Source of the DNA: an uncultured Spirochaetota bacterium
Lineage (GTDB): Bacteria; Spirochaetota; Spirochaetia; SZUA-6; CAVTHK01
DNA: 64,000 nt
Direction: 5' to 3'
Assembly (NCBI GenBank): GCA_963734495.1
Contig: CAVTHK010000011.1
Location: forward strand, 416,001 to 480,000
How positions within the stretch are numbered: the first letter of the stretch is position 1; every line of letters starts with the position of its first letter. The notes below the pieces were generated by a model. That model was not told the origin of the DNA and made no database searches. It saw nothing but the letters and a program-made list of their open reading frames with translations. This document shows, one piece after another, positions 51,608 to 61,260 of the stretch. Made by a program: the position numbers and the translations under genes.

Positions 51608-52372
51608 GTGTACACGACCGACATGTATGAAGGGATGCTCGCCGAGACCGTGGCCCTCCGCGGGGCGCGCGGCGATGCCGTCAACGCGTACTTCGCCCGG
51701 CCCCTGGGGCCGGGGCCATTTCCGGGGATGGTGCTGATCCATCACGCGCCCGGGTGGGACGAGTGGTACCGCGAGGCCACCCGCAGGTTCGCCCACTACG
51801 GCTACCTGTCGATCTCACCGGACCTCTACGGCCGCGTGGGGCACGGCACGCCGGAAGACGTGGCGGCGCAGGTGCGCGCGGCCGGCGGAGTGCCTGACGA
51901 CGACGCCGTCGGCGACGTCGAGGCGGGCATGCGGTACCTGCGGCTGCAGCCGTACTGCAGCGGCAAGGTCGGCGTCTTCGGCACGTGCTCCGGCGGCCGG
52001 CACGCCGTGCTGGCCGCGTCGCGGGTCAAAGGCTTCGATGCCTGCGTGGACTGCTGGGGCGGGCGCGTGGTGATGACCGCCGCCGACCTCACGCCCAGGC
52101 AGCCGGTGGCGCCGATCGAGTACACGAAAGACCTCTCGTGTCCGCTGCTCGGCCTCTTCGGGCAGGAGGACAAGGGCCCTACCCCCGAGCAGGTGGCCCT
52201 CCACGAGCAGGAGCTCAAGAAGCACGGCAAGAGCTACGAGTTCCACATGTACCCGAACGCGGGCCACGGGTTCTTCTACTACAACAGGCCGGCCTACAGG
52301 CAGGAGCAGGCCGTCGACGGCTGGAACAAGATCTTCGCGTTTCTCGAAAAGTACCTGGGCGCGCCGGCGTAG
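51608..52372 (+). CDS. Dienelactone hydrolase family protein
   Basis: YFARP, PDLY, GTCSGG nucleophile, LLGLFGQED, YPNAGHGF. Confidence 0.9.
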   Translation: MYTTDMYEGMLAETVALRGARGDAVNAYFARPLGPGPFPGMVLIHHAPGWDEWYREATRRFAHYGYLSISPDLYGRVGHGTPEDVAAQVRAAGGVPDDDAVGDVEAGMRYLRLQPYCSGKVGVFGTCSGGRHAVLAASRVKGFDACVDCWGGRVVMTAADLTPRQPVAPIEYTKDLSCPLLGLFGQEDKGPTPEQVALHEQELKKHGKSYEFHMYPNAGHGFFYYNRPAYRQEQAVDGWNKIFAFLEKYLGAPA

Positions 52373-52410
52373 CCGGCATAGGCGTTTTGAATCGTGCAAG
52401 GAGTCTCGTG

Positions 52411-52764
52411 ATGTGTACCATGATCGCGCAACAGGTCCCGGTCTACGGCAGCGGAAAGGCCGCCGCGGGCTGGTTCGACGTGCGGCAGGCTGACGTGTCC
52501 TACGACCACCCCTTTCACCTGGGGAGCGAGCACGCGCTGAACCTCGACTTCGTCAACGAAGCCCTGGGCCCCGGCGCGCGCGTCGCCGTCGAGCTCACCG
52601 CCGAGTCGGCGAGGGCGCTGGCCGCCACGATCCTGGCCGTGCTCGAGCGCGCCGAGGCGGGCGGCCACGTCGCCGAGGAGCCCCACGTGCATCCCGCGGT
52701 CAACGCGGGCGCAGCGGCCACGTCGGGAACGCCACCTGCCCGGGCACGGCCACCCGCCGCGTGA
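52411..52764 (+). CDS. Small conserved protein (DUF6295-like)
   Basis: MCTMI, GSGK...GWF, VSYDHPFH...EHALNLDF, GPGARVAVEL..ESAR.L. AAGGAG RBS. Confidence 0.75.
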   Translation: MCTMIAQQVPVYGSGKAAAGWFDVRQADVSYDHPFHLGSEHALNLDFVNEALGPGARVAVELTAESARALAATILAVLERAEAGGHVAEEPHVHPAVNAGAAATSGTPPARARPPAA

Positions 52765-53666
52765 ACAGGCTCTTGCCCGCCGTGATGTAGAGCGTGCGGC
52801 CGTCGTCCCCGCCGAACGCGAGGTTGGTGAGCGTGTCCTCGTGGACCGGGATGCGGCCGAGCAATTTTCCCTCGGGCGTCATCACGTAGATCCCGGGCGG
52901 CACCTCGGCGGTCTCGTGCGGGCCGCGGGGCACCATGATCCCGGCGGCCACGTAGAGGTTGCCCTCGACGTCGAGGCGCATGCCGTCGCCGCCGCGGCCG
53001 GGCGCGAAGTCGAAGACCAGCGCGCTGATGGCCCGGGTTGCCGTCCGCGTCGAGGTCGAAGCGCCAGACCTTGCGGTTGCCGCCGACGACGGGGCAGCTG
53101 TCGATCACATAGAGGGCCTTCGAATCCTGCGTCACCGCGATGCCGTTCGGTCTCTGTATGTCCGGCTGGGAGATGACCCGACGGACCGCGCCGTCGAGAT
53201 CGATCCGGTAGACGCCTTCTTCTTTCATCTCCATGGTCGAGCGGTCGGAGTAGAGGGGGTCGGTAAAGTAGACGCGGCCCCGACCGTCGACGCAGATGTC
53301 GTTGGGCGCGTTGTAGCGCTTTCCCTCGTAGCGCTCGGTGATCACCTCGAAGGCGCCGGTCGCGAGGTCCGTCCTCGTCACGCGCCTGCCGCCGCCGGGG
53401 CCGAACTCGGCGCCCTCGCAGTGCCAGAGGCGGCCCTGGCGGTCGAAGGTCTGGCCGTTGGTGCGGCGGCTCGGCTCCCTGAAGACGGTGCACTTGCCGT
53501 CGCGGTCGAGCCTGAGGATGCGGTTGCCCATGATGTCGGAAAAGTAGACGTTGCCTTCGCCGTCCACGGCCGGCCCCTCGGTAAAGGCGAGGGTCACCGC
53601 GGTCGCGAGTGGTTCCGGCTCGGCACCGCGCGGCAGACCGAGCTTGTCGTAGCTTGCTTTGCCCAT
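52700..53666 (-). CDS. SMP-30/gluconolactonase family protein (frameshift at about 53022)
   Basis: FTEGPAVD, VYFSDI, RTNGQ, YNAPND, YFTDP, RPNGIA, GDGMRLD, TNLAFGG. Confidence 0.9.
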
Positions 53667-53707
53667 GCGGGGAGTGTAGCAGAACGAGGCGCCCGCGTGG
53701 AGCGTTC

Positions 53708-53735
53708 TTGACGCGGGCAGGCGCCGATCTATAAT
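53708..53735 (+). promoter_or_regulatory. Sigma-70 promoter for GH31
   Basis: TTGACG-16-TATAAT. Confidence 0.7.
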
Positions 53736-53797
53736 CGGCTCTTCGACGGGCGCCCGGCGGGGCAGCCTTCATTCTAGTCCTCTTCGAGGTCAAAGAC

Positions 53798-55817
53798 ATG
53801 GGTAGGTTCGACAGGCCCGCGTTCAAGGGAAACGGATGGGTGGACGGGAAGCGGATCTGCTGGGAGGGCGAGGGCGAAGTGACGTGGCTCGAGCCGTACG
53901 GCGAGAGCTCCCTGCGCTTCCGCGGCTCGAAGAGCCTCCACATCAAGGAGGACCTCGACTGGACGCTGCTGCCGCCCGGCAGAGACAGCGCGGTCGTCGA
54001 GGTGAGCGACGAGAAGGCGGTGATCCGCAACGGCAAGATCCGCGCCGACGTGTACGGCGACGGGACGGTCAACTACTTCGATCAGGCGGGCCGGCCGCTC
54101 ATCGAGGAGTACTGGATCGACCAGAGGGAGATCACGATCCCGCTGAGGCGGGCCCGCGAATACCGCGCCCTTTCCAGCGAGGCGTTCGGGATCGACCTCT
54201 ACTTCAAGGCGAGGGCCGACGAGCATTTCCACGGCATGGGGCAGGACCCCAACGACTGCTTCGACCTCAAGGGCTCGTCGATCCCGCTCGAGCAGAAGAA
54301 CACCAAGTGCACGGTGCCGTTCCTTGTTTCCAGCCTCGGCTACGGTTTTCTCTGGAACAACCCCGCCGTCGGACGCCTCGACCTCGTGGCCAACCACACG
54401 GTCTGGCACGCCGACGCGGCCAAGCAGATCGACTACATCGTCACGGCCGGCGACACTCCCGGCGAGATCATGCGCCAGTACACGGAGATCACGGGACGGG
54501 CGCCGGTGCTGCCGCAGTGGGCCGCCGGGTTCTGGCAGTGCAAGCTGCGCTACGAGACGCAGGAGGAGCTGCTGGGCGTCGCCCGCGAGTACAAGCGCCG
54601 CGGCATCCCCGTGTCCGTGATCGTCTGCGACTACTTCCACTGGACGGCGCAGGGCGAATGGAAGTTCGACCCGACGCGGTGGCCGGACCCCAAGGCCATG
54701 GTCGACGAGCTGAGCAGCATGGGCATGCGCCTCATGGTCTCGATCTGGCCGACCGTCGACACCCGCAGCGAGAACTACCTCGCACATGCGCGACAAGAAC
54801 TACCTCGTGCGCGCGGAGCGCGGCACCTCGCTCTTCAAGATCGCCCACGGCGCCTGCACGTTCTACGACGCGACGCACCCGGGCGCACGGAAGTTCGTGT
54901 GGGAGAAGGTGAAGAAGAACTACTACGACCACGGCATCCGGATGTTCTGGCTCGACGAGTCCGAGCCGAGCTTCACGCCCTACGACTACGACAACGTGCG
55001 CTATTACCTCGGCAACGGCTCCGAGGTCTCGAACATCTATCCCTTCTACTATGCCCAGACCTTTCACGACGGCATGAAGGCGGCGGGCGAACAGGAGGTC
55101 GTCAACCTCCTGCGCTGCGCCTGGCTCGGGTCCCAGAGGCACAGCATCGTCGTGTGGTCGGGCGACATCGCTTCCACCTTCGACAGCCTGCGCAAGCAGC
55201 TCAAGGCGGGGCTCAACTTCTCCTTCAGCGGCGTGCCGTGGTGGACGACGGACATCGGCGGCTTTTTCAACGGCGACCCGCAGGACCCTGCGTTCAGAGA
55301 GCTGCTGGTGCGCTGGTTCGCCTTTGGCGTGTTCTGCCCGATCTTCAGGCTCCACGGGTTCAGGCTGCCTTACGTGGACGTGAATCGCTACGACCCGACC
55401 TCCTACAACCGCTCCGGCGGGCCCAACGAGGTGTGGAGCTACGGCGAGGAGAACACCCGGATCCTTGCGGACCTCATCGCGCTGCGCGGGAGGCTCGTGC
55501 CCTACATCATGGCCCAGATGCGCAAGGCGTCGGCCGACGGCACCCCCGTCATGCGTCCGCTGCTCTACGACTTTCCGAAGGACGAGACGGCGTCCCCGGT
55601 GTGGGACGAGTACATGTTCGGGCCGGACATCCTCGTCGCCCCGATCATCGAGGCGGGTCAGCGGAAGAGAAAGGTGTACCTGCCGCGGGGAGCCGCCTGG
55701 CTCGACCCGTACGCGAACAAGACGCACAAAGGCGGAGCGACCGTCGAAGTGGACGCACCGATGGAGAGGATCCCGGTCTTCCTCAAGGACGGCGCCAGGC
55801 TGCCCATACTGAAGTAG
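53798..55817 (+). CDS. GH31 alpha-xylosidase/glucosidase-like enzyme (frameshift at about 54785)
   Basis: GFWQCKLRY, VIVCDYFHW, FWLDESEP, VWSGDI, WTTDIGGF, FRLHG, YMFGPDILVAP. Confidence 0.92.
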
Positions 55818-55874
55818 TTGCCCGGCACCGCGGTCGAGATCTCTCGCTCGCCGCCCGTCACGCGGCTGCCGGCC

Positions 55875-56912
55875 CTATCGCTGCCCGGGAATAACGCGCT
55901 CGAGGTCGAGGGCCACGCCGGCCGGGGGGAGCGACGTCCGCACCAGGTCGATCTCCTCGTCGGTGGCAGGGCCGGTCACGATGAGAGGCTTGCGACCCTG
56001 GATGCGCTTGAGGGCCGGCAGGATCTCCGAGAGCAGGGGACCTCCCGGAAAGTCGATGCTCACCTGGATCGCGTCCAGCTCGGGAGCCGAGAGCAGGGCG
56101 TCGATGACGTGCAGGCATCCGGAGTGGACGTGGATCACCACGAAGTCGAACTCGTGAAAGACCCTGGAGTCACAGGGGAGGAAGAAGTCCTCGTAAAGCC
56201 GCGGCGACAGGAGAACCGCGTTGTCGAGCTGGGTGCGGATCGCACGGCCGGGAGCCCAGAGCCCGAAGGTCACGTCCCCCTCGAGAAACGGCGGGGCGAG
56301 GGCGAGGTGCCGGCGCGCCAGCGCCAGGAAGGTGTCGGTGCAGACCTCGAGGAGCTCGCGGGCAAGCGCGGCATCGTCGTAGAAGGCAGTGGCCATCGCC
56401 TCGTGGCCCATCGCCGCGGCCATGATGTCCAGCGGTCCCCGCATGAGCGGCTGGATCACGGGAAGCCGGCCGCGCGCCCGCCCGGCCAGGATCGCGGTGC
56501 CTTGGCCAAACCTGCTCAGCCAGGGGTCGTCCCCCGCAGGCTCGCCGCGGCGGCAGCGCTCCACGGTCTCGGCGTGCCCGTGGAGGAATCGCTCGGCCCA
56601 GGCGCCTCCCCTCTCCATGCGGACGGGACAGCCGAAGAGCGCCTCGGTCCAGCAGACGCCAGGGAGCTGGAAGCCGTTGAAGAAGAGGCCGTCCAGGAGG
56701 GATGTCGGCTCGTCTGCGAGCACGGCGTCGAAGGTCAGGCGTTCGGGGTCGATGGCGTCACCCTCCGCGAGCGAGGGCAGGGTTCGTCCGGAGTTGCCGC
56801 CGAATCCAAGGGGTCGGTGCGGCCGCACGCGAACGATCGGTTGTTCCCCCTGCTGCATCCGCCAGAATCGCCGGTGCAGGTCGACGACCGCCTCCAGTTC
56901 GCCTTGTCCCAT
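55875..56912 (-). CDS. URO-D/MtaA-CmuA-like TIM-barrel (putative corrinoid methyltransferase) protein
   Basis: WTEALFGC, MRGPLDIMAA..G, QLDNAVLLSP..YEDFFLP.D, VIHVHS, IQVSID. Confidence 0.65.
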   Translation of the reverse strand: MGQGELEAVVDLHRRFWRMQQGEQPIVRVRPHRPLGFGGNSGRTLPSLAEGDAIDPERLTFDAVLADEPTSLLDGLFFNGFQLPGVCWTEALFGCPVRMERGGAWAERFLHGHAETVERCRRGEPAGDDPWLSRFGQGTAILAGRARGRLPVIQPLMRGPLDIMAAAMGHEAMATAFYDDAALARELLEVCTDTFLALARRHLALAPPFLEGDVTFGLWAPGRAIRTQLDNAVLLSPRLYEDFFLPCDSRVFHEFDFVVIHVHSGCLHVIDALLSAPELDAIQVSIDFPGGPLLSEILPALKRIQGRKPLIVTGPATDEEIDLVRTSLPPAGVALDLERVIPGQR

Positions 56913-57034
56913 GCGGTACAGACTTGCTCTCGGGTTCACCTGCGTCAAGCGCCAGCGGGGGGATGCCCCTGTGCGCCTTTCCGCATGCCCCTGGCGGGCG
57001 CGTGGACCCGCCAGGACGGGCGTGTCCGCCGGCA

Positions 57035-58243
57035 TCAGGCTGTGCGCATCGCCGAGGACTGCTCCCGCCGGTTCATCGCGGCGAACAGCGCGGCAAAGAC
57101 CGCCGTCACGACGAGAATCCACGCGGCGCCGATGCGGAAGACGGCCTGGATGCCGAGCAGGTCGCTGAGGACGCCGACGATGGGCGAGCCGACCGCGATC
57201 GGCAGCGTGAACCCGACGACGGACTTGAACGCCTGGCCGGTCGCCCTGAGCTCCGCGGGCATCCGGTCGTTGATGTAGACGGCGAGGCAATAGTCGAGCA
57301 CGACGAAGTTGGTGGCATGCAGGACCTGGCTGGCGAGGAGCACGACGGGGTTCGTCACGAATCCCCATATCAGGAACCGCAGTCCCATCATGATGCCGGC
57401 GGCGGTGACGGTGCGCCGGATGCCGAACCGCCGGACGATTCTGCCGCTCAGCGCCAGAAAGGGGATCTCGCCGACCGTCGATATCGCCACGGCCAGCGCC
57501 CCGGCGCTGTCGTTTCCCGTCAGGTCCCGCAGGTAGATGGTGAAGCTGTTGTAGTAGTGGTACATCGCCATCATGAGCAGGCAGGCGAACACCACGAGCA
57601 GGATGAGCTCCGGGTTGCCGTACAGGGCCTTGTACGAGACCCGCGCCGTCTTCGAGCGGTGACCGGTCACCGTGGGAAGAAAGAAGGCGGCCGCCAGCCC
57701 GGCCAGCAGAGTCACGGCGCTGAGCAGGAAAGCCGCGGTGAACCCCCACCTCGCCAGGACCGGCCCCAGCGCGATGTAGTAGGCGGTGTACCCGATCGTC
57801 CCCGCCATCCGCACGGGTCCGAACTCGCGGCCGCGGCTCTTCAAGTCCTCCAGGGCGATGGTGTTCGCCATGTTGCCCACAGGCCCCTGAAACACCTTGA
57901 TGAGAACCAGGAAGAGCGCGACCCAGGCGGCGCCGCGGCGAAGTGGGAGCAGGGCGATGACGACAGTGTTCGCCGCGAGCAGAACGGCGAGCAGATAGTT
58001 CTTGACGCGGACCCGGTCGCCCAGCACCCCCCAGACGGGCTGAACCAGCAGCGCCACTACCGGCGTCCACCCGAGGACGAAGCCGATGCCGGTCTTGCTG
58101 AAGCCTGCGGAGTCCAGGTAGCGGGCGAGGAACGGGCCGAACAGGGCGTTGGAGAGGAACATGAAAAAGAACAGCAGCAGGTGCGGGCGATAGTCTCCCC
58201 ACGCGGATCCGGGACTCTCGAGGTGCGCCGGGTCTGTTTTCAT
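57035..58243 (-). CDS. MFS transporter (LacY/nucleoside-permease-like)
   Basis: About 12 TM segments. QPVWGVLGDR, FGPVRMAGTIGY, EIPF, ELRATGQ. Confidence 0.88.
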   Translation of the reverse strand: MKTDPAHLESPGSAWGDYRPHLLLFFFMFLSNALFGPFLARYLDSAGFSKTGIGFVLGWTPVVALLVQPVWGVLGDRVRVKNYLLAVLLAANTVVIALLPLRRGAAWVALFLVLIKVFQGPVGNMANTIALEDLKSRGREFGPVRMAGTIGYTAYYIALGPVLARWGFTAAFLLSAVTLLAGLAAAFFLPTVTGHRSKTARVSYKALYGNPELILLVVFACLLMMAMYHYYNSFTIYLRDLTGNDSAGALAVAISTVGEIPFLALSGRIVRRFGIRRTVTAAGIMMGLRFLIWGFVTNPVVLLASQVLHATNFVVLDYCLAVYINDRMPAELRATGQAFKSVVGFTLPIAVGSPIVGVLSDLLGIQAVFRIGAAWILVVTAVFAALFAAMNRREQSSAMRTA

Positions 58244-58380
58244 CGGCAGCACATGATCGAGAAGCGAGGCGCGGGCTGTCAATAGCCGGCGCCCGCCGCG
58301 GCTGTACGCGTTGGTCGCGTCCGAGGTAGCCTGCGTCGCGGGGGGCACGCCTTCGCGGTGCGTGCCGGGTAGGAGGAAGG

Positions 58381-59799
58381 ATGGACAAGCCGTTCCTGGG
58401 AGTGCAGCTCGGATCGCACAGCGTCTACGACGAAGGCGCCGAGCACTGCCTCGACACCCTTGAGAGGACAGCGGGCGTCAACGCCGTCTTTGTCTACGCC
58501 CAGACCTATCACGGCGGTTTCGCGCGCGGTCGCAAGCTGAGCGCCCTCGCCCACGACCACGGCGTGGAGCCGAAGGACCCGGCGCCGCGCGAGATGACGC
58601 GCCTGTGGTTCACGCCGCACGAGCAGTACTACGCGGGCACGCCCGTGCGCTACGACGCGATGGCCGAGCACGGCGAGCTCGCCGGCCGCGACATCTTTGC
58701 GGAGCTCGCCGAGCCCTGCCGCAAGCGCGGCATCGGGCTCTACGCCCGTATCCTCGAGGGCTTCGGCAGAGACCTCGTGCAGCTCGTGCCCAACTGGCAG
58801 CAGTTGCTCACGGTCGACATCTACGGCCGCATCACGCAGCTGCCCTGCTTCAACAATCCCGGCTACAAGGCCTGGTGGCTCGCCACGGTCGAGGACCTGT
58901 TCAAGAGCTATCCCCTCGACGGATACAAGTGGGGCTCGGAGCGCAGCGGCCCGCTCTCGAACGTTCTGTTCGGCGCACACCGTGGCGGCGTGGCGCCGAC
59001 CTGCTTCTGCGAGCACTGCCTCGCCGAGGCGCGGGCCAGGGGCATCGACGCCGAGCGCGCGCGCCGCGGGCTGCGCGAGCTCTACGAGATGGCAAGCGGG
59101 CTTGCAGCCGGCGGCGCCGCGCCGACTGATGGGATTCTCATCGTGCTGCTGCGCCTTCTTCTCAAGTACCCCGAGATCCTGGCGTGGGAGACCATGTTCC
59201 ACGAGTCCCGCGAGGCGGTGGCCCGACTGCAGTACGGCGCGATCAAGCAGATCAGGCCGCAAGCCCAGGTGGGCTGGCACATCTACCACCACGTGTCGTG
59301 GGACCCGTTCTACCGCGCGGAGATGGATTACGCCGAGATCGCCGACTATTCGGACTGGATCAAGCCCGTGGTCTACCACGACGTCGCGGGCCCGCGCATC
59401 AGGCGCCATGTCCGCGACGTCCACGCGCGCTTCGGCCGCGAGCTGTCCGAGGAGCAGATCCTGGGCTCTCTCTACGCGGCGATGGGCTACGACGCCGGGC
59501 GCGAGCCCGGGCTCTCGGAGCTTGAGACGAGGGGGCTCTCACCCGAGTATGTCTACCGCGAAACAAAGCGGTGCGTCGACGCCGTGGCCGGCCGCGCAGC
59601 CGTGTATGCGGGAGTCGGCTTCGACATCCCGTGGATGGAGGAGCATTTCCCGAGCGCGCCCGAGACGGTCTATCAGGCGACGGTGCGGGCCTTCGAGGCG
59701 GGAGCCCGCGGCCTGGTGATCTCGCGCGAGTACGACGAGATGCGCCTTGAGAACCTCGAGGCGGTCGGCCGCGCGGTCAAGGATACCTGGAAGGCATAG
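58381..59799 (+). CDS. Uncharacterised glycoside-hydrolase-like TIM-barrel protein
   Basis: AGGAGG RBS. PCFNNPGY, SYPLDGYKWGSERSGPL, CFCEHC, WIKPVVY, ISREYDEM. Confidence 0.65.
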   Translation: MDKPFLGVQLGSHSVYDEGAEHCLDTLERTAGVNAVFVYAQTYHGGFARGRKLSALAHDHGVEPKDPAPREMTRLWFTPHEQYYAGTPVRYDAMAEHGELAGRDIFAELAEPCRKRGIGLYARILEGFGRDLVQLVPNWQQLLTVDIYGRITQLPCFNNPGYKAWWLATVEDLFKSYPLDGYKWGSERSGPLSNVLFGAHRGGVAPTCFCEHCLAEARARGIDAERARRGLRELYEMASGLAAGGAAPTDGILIVLLRLLLKYPEILAWETMFHESREAVARLQYGAIKQIRPQAQVGWHIYHHVSWDPFYRAEMDYAEIADYSDWIKPVVYHDVAGPRIRRHVRDVHARFGRELSEEQILGSLYAAMGYDAGREPGLSELETRGLSPEYVYRETKRCVDAVAGRAAVYAGVGFDIPWMEEHFPSAPETVYQATVRAFEAGARGLVISREYDEMRLENLEAVGRAVKDTWKA

Positions 59800-59847
59800 A
59801 GGGCTGGCGCGGACGCGTGTCGCGGGGACCGCGCGCGCCGTGTTGGA

Positions 59848-61194
59848 CTACAAGCTGACCCCCATCTCAGACAGTGTGGCCCGCACCTTGTCGACATCGA
59901 TGTCGCGCAGCTTGACCCCCGTCGCCGCCGACAACGCGGCTGCGACGCCGGCGCCCTGCCCGATCGAGATCATGTTGCCCATGCTCTTGCCGCCGTAGTG
60001 CCCGAGCATCGTCGCCGAGCTGCAGCGCCCCGCCACGAGCAGGCCGTCGACGTCCCGGGGCAGCAGCGAGCGGTAGGGGAACTGGGCGCCCTGCTTGATG
60101 GCGATGTAGGGCCGCTGCTTTCCGACCGGGTCGCTTCCGCCGTACTTGCTCGCGATCGCGTCCTTGAACAGGCTTCCCTGCATGACGTCCTTGTCGCTGA
60201 AGAGGTACTCGCCGACGAGCCTGCGCGTGTCGCGCGCCATCGCGAACCCGCCGGTCCTCATGAGGTGGACATCCTCCATGCCGGGTATCCGCTTTTCGCG
60301 CGCGAACGCGATGAACCCGAGCGCCTGGTCGATCGCCATCTTCTCCACGAGCGTGAGCGTCGCGCTGTGGGACGCATCCAGGGCCAGATCGAGCGATGTG
60401 CCGCTGTTGACGGAAACGACGCCCGGAATCGTGGTCTTGTTGAAGCCGATCCAGTCCGGCAGCGTGTACCCCTTTTCGCGGTACTCGCGCAGCAGCTCGT
60501 TGAACCCGTGGAACTGATGGCGGTCGAGCTCGAGATCTCCGGCGAGCCATGCGTAGAACCGCTCGGTGTCGACGTTGCAGACCGCCCACCCCACGGTCAT
60601 CGGCGGGCGCCACCCCGTCGTCTCGTCGCCGTCGGTTGCCATCTTGCAGCCGGCGAGCGCCGCCACGTCGCCGTCGCCCGTGGCATCGATGATGACTTTG
60701 CCGCGGTACGTGACGGGCCCTTCCTTTGCCCCCACGACGACGCCCGTCACCCGGGTCTTCTCTTTCACGACGTCGATCACGGGGCTGTAGAGCTGGTAAT
60801 CGACCGCGTGCCGCTCGAAGAGGTCGAACAGGACCTTCTTGAGGTACTCCGGGTGGACGTTCAGGTTGCCTCCGCTGCCGGGGACGTTCGGCTCGCGCCG
60901 GCCCGGCCTGGATGCGTCGGGCCCCCAGAGGCGCAGCGCGTCGACGAGCACGCGGTGCACACCGCCCCGGTCGGTCTCGCTGTTGTCCTTGAAAAGGAAG
61001 TTGATCTCCATCCACAGCGCCGCCGTTGCAGTGCCGCCGAACTGGCTCCGAGCTTCCAGTATCAGCGTCTTTGCGCCGTTCATCGCCGCAGCGAGCGCGG
61101 CGCCGATGCCCGCCGGCCCGCCGCCGGCGACGATGACGTCGTAGGTTGTCTGCGGCTTCGCGCAGCGTGCGTAGAGTCCGGTTGCTGGTTGCAT
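59848..61194 (-). CDS. FAD-dependent oxidoreductase (FAD_oxidored family)
   Basis: DVIVAGGGPAGIGAA, IDATGDGDVA, RDTRRLVGEY, PYRSLLP..VDGLLVAGRC, GQGAGVAAA. Confidence 0.88.
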   Translation of the reverse strand: MQPATGLYARCAKPQTTYDVIVAGGGPAGIGAALAAAMNGAKTLILEARSQFGGTATAALWMEINFLFKDNSETDRGGVHRVLVDALRLWGPDASRPGRREPNVPGSGGNLNVHPEYLKKVLFDLFERHAVDYQLYSPVIDVVKEKTRVTGVVVGAKEGPVTYRGKVIIDATGDGDVAALAGCKMATDGDETTGWRPPMTVGWAVCNVDTERFYAWLAGDLELDRHQFHGFNELLREYREKGYTLPDWIGFNKTTIPGVVSVNSGTSLDLALDASHSATLTLVEKMAIDQALGFIAFAREKRIPGMEDVHLMRTGGFAMARDTRRLVGEYLFSDKDVMQGSLFKDAIASKYGGSDPVGKQRPYIAIKQGAQFPYRSLLPRDVDGLLVAGRCSSATMLGHYGGKSMGNMISIGQGAGVAAALSAATGVKLRDIDVDKVRATLSEMGVSL

Positions 61195-61207
61195 GAAAAC
61201 CTCTGCG

Positions 61208-61242
61208 AAAAAGGACACGAGGGCGGTCGAGCCCTCGTGTCC
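61208..61242 (-). terminator. Intrinsic terminator after the sugar SBP gene
   Basis: 12-bp perfect stem GGACACGAGGGC/GCCCTCGTGTCC followed by TTTTT on the minus strand. Confidence 0.8.
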
Positions 61243-61260
61243 GGGATTGCGGCCGCTCTC

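Noticed and set aside
55875-58388. 837-aa ORF spanning the MFS and URO-D-like genes
   Set aside because: The first ~490 codons are an off-frame read of the MFS gene. The real gene starts at 56912.
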